Source: Amoebidium appalachense (lineage: Eukaryota > Protista > Ichthyosporea). From it: a stretch of 64,000 nt of DNA. The notes under the pieces are model-generated. The model did no database searches. It was given only the letters and a program-made list of their open reading frames with translations, and was not told the DNA's origin. Each line of letters starts with the position of its first letter. Within the stretch, counting starts at the first letter, position 1. The translations under genes and the position numbers were made by a program. The stretch spans positions 4,278,001 to 4,342,000 of the forward strand of contig CAVNZM010000014.1 of NCBI GenBank assembly GCA_963693365.1, read 5' to 3'. Positions 56,597 to 64,000 of this stretch are shown here, piece by piece.

Positions 56597-57085
56597 ATGA
56601 ACCTGGACCTGTCTGTGCTTGCTGCGCTGAGCGCCAGCTTGACTGTGCGGATAATAGCGGGGGTGGTGGGGGCGCTGGGCGTGCTGCTGCTGCTGTGTGG
56701 CTGCCTCCAATGCTGGTTGCACCACCGCGCACGGGCTACACCACGGGAGGCAGGGCTGCAGGCCAGACAGTCCACGGCCAGCCTGGACCTGGCCACAGAC
56801 ACGAAACAGAAGGTGTGTGCACGGGGGGCTGGCAGGGGGCAGAGATCCGGACATGGTGTTGGGTGCCAACACAGGGGGTGGGTGCAGGGTGGCGGGGCCG
56901 AGGGGCTGCGGCGCAAGGGGGTGGTGCCTGTGGAGTATGCCGAAGGCTGCACCAGCAGCGAGGTCGACAGCGACTGCGAAGACACCAGCCACCCGAGGCA
57001 GCGCACGTGCTTTGCGCTGGCCGACCTGCACGACGACTTGCTGCGCCTCGACAGACGCCTGCAGCGCCTCTACCGCCCCCTCTAA
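56597..57085 (+). CDS. Hypothetical single-pass membrane protein
   Basis: GC3-rich codons like the neighbouring host genes. Hydrophobic IIAGVVGALGVLLLLCGCL followed by basic residues. A short in-frame intron at ~56813-56887 is possible. Confidence 0.5.
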   Translation: MNLDLSVLAALSASLTVRIIAGVVGALGVLLLLCGCLQCWLHHRARATPREAGLQARQSTASLDLATDTKQKVCARGAGRGQRSGHGVGCQHRGWVQGGGAEGLRRKGVVPVEYAEGCTSSEVDSDCEDTSHPRQRTCFALADLHDDLLRLDRRLQRLYRPL

Positions 57086-57631
57086 TAGCCCTTCTTTGTT
57101 GACATCACATATGCCCCCTCTAGTTGAGTGTGTTGGTGTATCTCTTGTTTATTGACATCACATATGCCACTTCTAGTAGACAGTGCCGGTGTACCCCATT
57201 TTTATTGACAATACATATGCCCGTAGCACACTAACCCTATGAAAACAAGTTTGTTCACTGTGGGTCTGTGACACAGCACAGCCCCCTTGATGCCTGGGGC
57301 AGCCCCTCTGGTCTCAGTACACAGGGACGGCCCCGAGTCTACTATTAGTTCTGGTATCATGGGTCTCGGTGCACTGTGTGGTGCTACGGTGCCCGGGCAG
57401 TCCAATATTTTGCACTCATAATTACACGCTGTGCAGGTTGTAATATAAATAATCTTTAGGCACGTGAAACTATACACCTCGGTGCCGGGACTGCAGCCTG
57501 AGGCACAGTCGCAGGCAGCACCCGACCATCATTTGTCTCGCCGCTGCATTCATGCCAATATCCCCCCCTCCCCCCCCCCAACGGGGCTGCCTGGTTCGCT
57601 TGCTAGACTCCTCCTACACACACCCAGCCCA

Positions 57632-58912
57632 CTAGCTCGTGAATAAGTCCTTTGTGCCCGGGGCACTGTACGAACGTGTGTAGAGCACAAGGGCGGCGGC
57701 ATGGGCGGCCGTGCAGACAAAGAAGACGGTCTGGGTGGGCAGGTACTTGACCTTGAGCAGCAGCAGCACCACAAACGCGTTGAGCGGGATACGGAACAGG
57801 TTCATCACGGCCGCACGGGTCTCCTCAGGGATGGCTGCCGAGCGCAGGGTGCCGTAGGCCGGGAAGAAGATGCCACAGCACAGCTCGAAGACGAGGAAGC
57901 ACAGGTACACCGTGTTCTCACTCTCCACACACAGAGCCACCAGACCCATGGAAGCCGCCGCAGCCGTGTGCAGCACAAAAGGCACCCGCTCGACCCCGCC
58001 ACGGGCCAGCAGAGTGAAGGCAAACGAACCGGCCATGATGCACACCATGAACGTGGCAAAGATCAATCCGAGGGGCAGGCTGCGGCCCGCGCCGCCCTCG
58101 ATGGTGGGGTCCAGGGCCGGGTTCCACATGAAGACGAAGGTGTACATGGCGCCCTCGAAGCAGGCCTGGGCCAGGCCCAGGCATAGCACACGTTGGCTGC
58201 CAGTGACGGTGTCCCAGGCGTGGCGGAAGGCCAGGCCGGCAGTCACGCCGCTGTCGCCGTAGTTCTCGGGCCAGTAGCGCAGCACGACCAGCAGCAGCAG
58301 GTTGAGCGGCACCAGCGCAAACACAAACGGGCCCACGCTGCCGAAGTGTGACGCCAGCGCCTCGGCCACCAGCCCGGCCAGCACGGCGACCAGCCCGTTG
58401 CCCAGCGTGGCCGTGCTGAACGTGTCCCCAAGCAGCTCGGGGTCGAACCCCCGCCGGTTGTGCTCGCAGACCATCCACGCCTCAAACGAGCTGTAGAGCA
58501 GCGACGTGGCAATGCCGCTCATAAAGCGGCCCAGCATCAGCACCCAGTAGCTGTTGACCAGCTTGGTCAGCGCGCTGACGCTGTAGCAGATGCTGAACAG
58601 GAGGCACATGCGCCGCCGGCCGTACTGGTCGGCCAGGCCGCCCACAAACGTGCCCACAACCATGGACGACAGGAAGCCACACACAAACAGCTGGGCGATG
58701 GCCTCCTTGTCGAAGCCGTACTCGCTGTAGAGCTTGTAGACGTAGGGGCCCTGCAGCCAGTCGGCAAACATGGCCAGCAGGTAGACGGTCAGGTAGTTGC
58801 GCTGGAACGCAAGGAACTCGCCCGTCTTGGCGACGGCCTTCTTCTGCCGCGTGCCCACATACAACGCCCCCGTGCCCACGGCCGCAAGCACAAACGAGCC
58901 CTCGTACCACAT
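57632..58912 (-). CDS. MFSD5: MFSD5/MOT2-type molybdate-anion MFS transporter, intronless
   Basis: FQRNYLTVYLLAMFADWLQGPYVYKLYSEYG, LGRFMSGIATSLLYSSFEAWMVCEH, FEGAMYTFVFMW, RAAVMNLFRIPLN. Confidence 0.95.
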   Translation of the reverse strand: MWYEGSFVLAAVGTGALYVGTRQKKAVAKTGEFLAFQRNYLTVYLLAMFADWLQGPYVYKLYSEYGFDKEAIAQLFVCGFLSSMVVGTFVGGLADQYGRRRMCLLFSICYSVSALTKLVNSYWVLMLGRFMSGIATSLLYSSFEAWMVCEHNRRGFDPELLGDTFSTATLGNGLVAVLAGLVAEALASHFGSVGPFVFALVPLNLLLLVVLRYWPENYGDSGVTAGLAFRHAWDTVTGSQRVLCLGLAQACFEGAMYTFVFMWNPALDPTIEGGAGRSLPLGLIFATFMVCIMAGSFAFTLLARGGVERVPFVLHTAAAASMGLVALCVESENTVYLCFLVFELCCGIFFPAYGTLRSAAIPEETRAAVMNLFRIPLNAFVVLLLLKVKYLPTQTVFFVCTAAHAAALVLYTRSYSAPGTKDLFTS

Positions 58913-59236
58913 TTTTGCAAAAAATAAAATAAAAAGAAACTGCCCACGCTGGGTCGCACGCCTTACACTGTCTCTGCCTACAGTGTCTGAAGGCTGTGCG
59001 TGGCCTGTTTGCTGTGTGGATGGCCTGGGCCGCACCATAGCAACCTCGCTGGCAATCCCGATCGGGCCGATCCATTGGTGCGCACACAAGTTATCTCCCC
59101 GGGGCAGAGTAGGAGGCCTTGGGCTGGCAGCAAGCTTGCACCTTGCAGGCAGGGTGTGGACAGGGTGGACCGCTAGGGTGTGCGCTGTGTTCTGTGTATG
59201 CTGTAGCCGATTGAGCCAGGCGCAAGCCACAGCGCC

Positions 59237-59956
59237 ATGGCTACGCGCGGCCCACACCAGGAAGAGGCGCCGCTGGTGGGTGCCGAGGGGGGCGATGACG
59301 TGCACATAAGCGGGCTGGACGGGCAGGTCGGGCGAGGCGAGCTGCAGCTGCTGGACGCGCACGAGCACGGGCTCAACGCCTGGGACGTGCGCGCCTCCTA
59401 CGCCGTCTACGCGCTCTACCAAGAGCGCGGCTGCGGGCGCTGGCCGCTGATAGGGCTGGAGCTGTCGGGGCACGGGGCGCTGTGGCTGGTGGGGGCGGTG
59501 GTGTGGTTCTTCCTGCCCTTTACGTCGGGGGGCGCGTGCACGCTGCTGCTCAACCTGCTGGTGGGCCTGCTGCTCGACCTGGCCGCCACCATCGTCTGCA
59601 AGCCGCTGTTCCGTCGCACCCGGCCGCGCTGGGCCGACCAGCGGCAGCTGGGCACGGTCGAGGTGGTGGACCAGTACAGCTTCCCCTCGGGCCACGCCTC
59701 CCGCGCCGTCTTTGTGGCCTGCTTCCTGCTCTATGCCGCCGCCCTGGGCAGTGTGCCCGTCGTGGTGGCCGTGCTTGCGGGGGTCTGGGCGGCGCTGGTG
59801 GCCGTGTCCCGGGTGGCACTGGGGCGGCACCACGTGCTGGACGTGCTGGCCGGCACGGCCGTGGGGGTGCTCAACGTGTGGCTGGTCAGCGCCCTGTGGG
59901 TCGGCCAGGACCAGACACTGGCCCTGCGCGGCGCCATCACGGGCCTGTTCCACTGA
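59237..59956 (+). CDS. PAP2-superfamily lipid phosphate phosphatase (PLPP6/7-like), intronless
   Basis: KPLFRRTRP (C1), DQYSFPSGHASR (C2), SRVALGRHHVLDVLAG (C3). Confidence 0.92.
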   Translation: MATRGPHQEEAPLVGAEGGDDVHISGLDGQVGRGELQLLDAHEHGLNAWDVRASYAVYALYQERGCGRWPLIGLELSGHGALWLVGAVVWFFLPFTSGGACTLLLNLLVGLLLDLAATIVCKPLFRRTRPRWADQRQLGTVEVVDQYSFPSGHASRAVFVACFLLYAAALGSVPVVVAVLAGVWAALVAVSRVALGRHHVLDVLAGTAVGVLNVWLVSALWVGQDQTLALRGAITGLFH

Positions 59957-60138
59957 AAAAACGAAGGACTGCTTGGCACGAATGTTTTGTAACCCTCCAG
60001 GCAACACATATAGGGAGAGCAGCCACCATGGATCTAATAGTGGTTCGGTTGCTGGAAGGAACCCTGATGGGATGGGTGGATAGGGTTGCTTCTTCCCTTT
60101 ATTTTTTCTTATTTTTATGTGTGTGCAGGAGGGGGGAA

Positions 60139-60171
<33 letters not shown>

Positions 60172-60542
60172 TGTGTAAGGGATACTCCACGGTAAAAGGG
60201 GCAAGGCCAGCCGGCATGTTTGCGTTCATAGCACCTTGGCTCTGAGAGACCAAGAGCAATATAAAGTGTACACGGTTCGGGTTTGTTGTGGTGAAACAGT
60301 AACACCTGCAGGGGTCTGTCTTCTGTCTAGTGTGGAGCAATAGTATGTAACACAATTAAGACAACCCTTGGTGTGAAGCAATATCAAAACATTTACAAGA
60401 AACAGTCTTGCGGCAATAATAATGACTGAACGGTCTTCCTCCTTGATCGCTATGCAGTGTGTGCGTGCCAGAAACCCTGCTGGTGTCGCCTTGCCCCTCT
60501 CTCCCCCCCCCCCCTCCCCCCCTCCCCCTCCCTCCCCCTCCT

Positions 60543-60585
<43 letters not shown>

Positions 60586-60739
60586 AAAAAAAGTCAACTG
60601 CCTTGTCCGTCTTGAAAGTGTATTTCGGGTCAGTAACTGAAAGTGCAACATGAAAGACTTAACGGTAGTCCCCTGGGCCAGCTGCCACACCCCACCGCCA
60701 TCACCCAAGGCCCAGCCTGCCCCCTCTGCCCCCTTTGGC

Positions 60740-61808
60740 CTACATGCTGTCGTCGTCCCCCCTGCTGCTGGGCTCCTGCAGGGCATCGGCCAGCAGGTGC
60801 CGTGGCAGCTCACTGCCGCGCACACTCAGTGTGTAGCAGGCTGGGGGGGGGGGGGGGGTGAGGGGGGTTAGGAAGCCCTGTGTGGTTGGGGGGAGGGGGT
60901 GGAGGGGGAGGGGGGCGCTGGGGAGGATGCTGTACCGTTCTCGACCTTGGCCAGGCTGTCGGCCAGCACCTGCGCCTTCTTGGGCAGCTCCCTCACCGTG
61001 CCGTGCGGCAGCGCGCTGTAGGCTGCAGCAGGTAGTGTTAGTGGGCATGTATGCTTATGTGGCCCAGCATATATATGTGGTCCAGTATATATGTCAGGCC
61101 ATAATTGGCCAAGCATATACATGTGGCCGTCTGTGAGGGCACCTACCGGCCACCAGTGTGCGCATAAAGGCCAGCACTGCGCTTGGGGTGTGCTGGTCAC
61201 CCAGGCCCGCACTGTTGATGGCCAGCCGCATCAGCTCGCCGCCCAGGTCCCCCACCCCCAGCACGTAGTCCTCCACCCCCACCGCCAGCCCCCCCAGCTC
61301 CCTCTCTATCTGCTGCGGACTGGCCAGGGCCCCAGTCTGTGCCTGCCTTCAGCCAGCTGCCCTGAACCCCCTCCCCCCCCCCCCCCCCCCCCTTCTCCTC
61401 CTAACCCCCCCCCCCCCCCCCCCCCCAGTCAAAGGCCGGGCACCTGCAGATAGCACAGAAACGTTGCAGCCTCCACATACTCCTGAAGCCCGGGAGACAC
61501 GTGACGGCGGTACCTGCCCGAGTGTTAGTGTGCATAGGGAGGGGTGTGCACGTGCAGGTGGCCATGTGGGCACGTGTGGGGGGGTGTACAGGTGGCTGGG
61601 TGTTGGGGGCTGCAACTCTCTGGCCACAGCAGCAAGCAGGCTGCGCACCTCCACCAGCCGGGCCTGGGCCTCGGCAAGCGCCTGGCCACGGTCTGCGGCC
61701 CCACACACCCTGTGGCAGGCAGGTCAGTGTGCTGGTATGATAGGTGCAGCCAAGCAAGAAGGGACGGTGAGTCCTGTTGCAGTTTGCACAAGACGTGCAA
61801 TGTTGGTG

Positions 61809-61845
<37 letters not shown>

Positions 61846-61900
61846 TGTGTTTTTGTGAGCTCCCTCTGTGTGTGTGTGTGTGTGTGTGTTTGTGAGCTCC

Positions 61901-61967
<67 letters not shown>

Positions 61968-61999
61968 CGTGCGGAAGTGAGTGCTCTGTGAATGATGGC

Positions 62000-62074
<75 letters not shown>

Positions 62075-63168
62075 CTGCACCTGTGCAGCAGAAATATTGT
62101 GCGCTTGCTGCCGATGGTCACGTCTCGGCTCAGCTTGGTCAGTTGCTCCCGCCTGTCGTTCTGCCCAACACTGGTTAGTGTCTGTTCTCCCTGCAGCACA
62201 CATGCTGGTGCACACACACACACGTACACACACACCCACACTACATGCTTACGGAAAAACACTCAGCAATCAGAGATGCGCGTGCAGGGAAATACACACC
62301 TCACATTGGAAACACGTTCCGTAACACACGCAAAACCACATGCACACATTTCAGGTTTCGAGCACACACCCTGTCGTCCAGCTGGGCGCCCAATGCTCTG
62401 AACGCTTCCAGCTGAGGCCCGTCACTCCCAGCGGCCGCCTGCAAACCACCGTCAATGGCAGCAGGACAAAGTGAGCTGCAAAGTCGTGCACACAGCCCCC
62501 CGTGGCTGAGTCCCTGCAGGGCTGAAGGAATGACCACTGACACTTGAGAAACAAGGGGAAGGAGGGGGGGGGGGAGCTGGAGGGGTTGCGGTGGGACGGC
62601 CTCCACACTGGGGCCCACAGGCTAGAAGTACATGCACAAATAATGCTCGTGCCTTCCCTAATCACGTGCTTATGCATGGTGCGTGTCCTCATGTACACAA
62701 GTTCCTGCGTGAGGGTGCAAGGCTGTGGGTGCCTGTGAGGCATACGTCTGTGCGGGGGTGGACCATGGTGCTGCTGTGGGCCTGCAGGCTGGAGGGTAGC
62801 GTGCAGGTGCTAGTGAATGGCACAGGGCGACTGCAGTGCACTGGCGAGCTGCACTGGCGCTCGTGCACGGTCAGCGCAGTGCACACACGCACAGCCGCCG
62901 TCAGTGTGTGTACCCTCGGAGGGCTGCAGGCCACGGACCAGCACCGGGTTGGCCGGGCTACAGCCTGTAGGTCAGAGTGTGGCAGGCTGTGGCGCAACCT
63001 TACAGTTGCCTGGAATCTACAGCCCTGTAGAAGGCGTGTGCTGTGGGTGCCCGAAAAGTAAGTGGTCAGCTGTAGCCACGTAACGGCCCAAGCTTTGCCG
63101 CAGCGACAGTTCGCACAGTTTGCATACCCAGAGAACTTTCGTGGCTGACTTGAGCTGACTGACTGCAT
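60740..63168 (-). CDS. TSNAX: Translin-associated factor X (TRAX), multi-exon; start tentative, secure to ~62440
   Basis: [11 protein letters not shown] / [27 protein letters not shown] / [13 protein letters not shown] / [20 protein letters not shown] / [15 protein letters not shown] / [10 protein letters not shown]. Confidence 0.9.
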
Positions 63169-63650
63169 CCGATTACGTAATCCGGGCCGGAGAGCACCAC
63201 AACTGGAACTGGAACACCGTGCTCTGCCTTCGCACCTCCCGCTGGTCACGGTCCCGGCTACCCGGAGCTCACAGCTGTACATGTGCTGGCCCCGGCAGCT
63301 CCGGCGCACGGCCATCTAGGTGTTTCTAGATGGCCGTGCTCCGGCGCCACTCAAGACAGCCCACAGCCACTGCATGCAGCGGCCGTGGCTCAGTGGTCTC
63401 TGGTGCCGTCTATTTTAGGCCCTACATACTGCACATACCCGCCCGGCCTCACGTCCACTTGTCAGTGATGGCAGGGCCTCGAGCTCGGCCATGGCCTGCG
63501 CTGGGCCCCGGCCGGCTACCACTGGGCCTGCTCGTAGTATACCTGTAATAGCATTTATACGTGGAGACCTTCCTTCTCATCAAAGGAGTCCGCCTGTGTC
63601 TACCACTCTGCTCCTAGCCTCTGGATGTGACAACGCTGCAGTACATATAG

Positions 63651-63694
<44 letters not shown>

Positions 63695-63719
63695 TCGAAT
63701 TCCCCCAATAATATTTAAT

Positions 63720-63857
63720 ACCACCACAAAACGTTCTGCTCACTCTTGTCGTTAGCAAGTTTACGTTTTGTGGTGGTGATATATTTCATGGCCCGGGGCG
63801 GGGCCGGGATACGGAGGGGGGGGAGTAAACTTGCTAACGACAGAGTGAGCAGAACGT
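63720..63857. repeat. Nested inverted repeats
   Basis: Perfect 15-bp IR at 63720-63734 / 63763-63777. The 63731-63764 segment recurs inverted at 63825-63857 with a 1-nt indel. Confidence 0.85.
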
Positions 63858-64000
63858 GCTTACGCACGCACCGGCACGTCGTGATTTAAGCGCTGTTTCT
63901 TGCTCGGGGCTATATTGTTGCCCTTGCGTCGTAGACCCGGCCCTCCACCCTTGCCAGCACAGCCACTGCTGGCAGCTCTATTCACACAGATGACATAAGC

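Noticed and set aside
57632-60355. 907-aa ORF as one protein
   Set aside because: The part upstream of 58912 is the antisense of the PAP2 gene plus intergenic DNA. MFSD5 homology starts at MWYEG.

Overview
Eukaryotic nuclear DNA, intron-rich and full of poly-G/poly-C and (CA)n tracts. An MDM34 (ERMES) gene points to a non-animal, non-plant lineage, possibly a unicellular opisthokont (inference). The left half (1-32.5 kb) is a nest of mobile elements: (i) a spliced Dada-like DDE transposase with a WRN-type DEDDy 3'-5' exonuclease between its second catalytic D and its DxxH motif; (ii) two decayed, tail-to-tail tyrosine-recombinase retrotransposons with PAT/Ngaro-type split direct repeats, plus a solo A-B repeat; (iii) a Ty1/copia LTR-PBS-gag start whose 3' LTR remnant lies 17 kb away; (iv) two related, large TIR elements with CATCAGCAA termini that carry 183-bp tandem arrays and an orphan spliced gene, with no transposase that I can recognise. 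The right half holds host genes: MDM34, a Src1/Man1 LEM-domain protein, CBP3/UQCC1, a BTB fragment, mitochondrial L13, a small membrane ORF, MFSD5, a PAP2 phosphatase and TRAX. Gene models were assembled by eye, so exon boundaries are approximate where stated.
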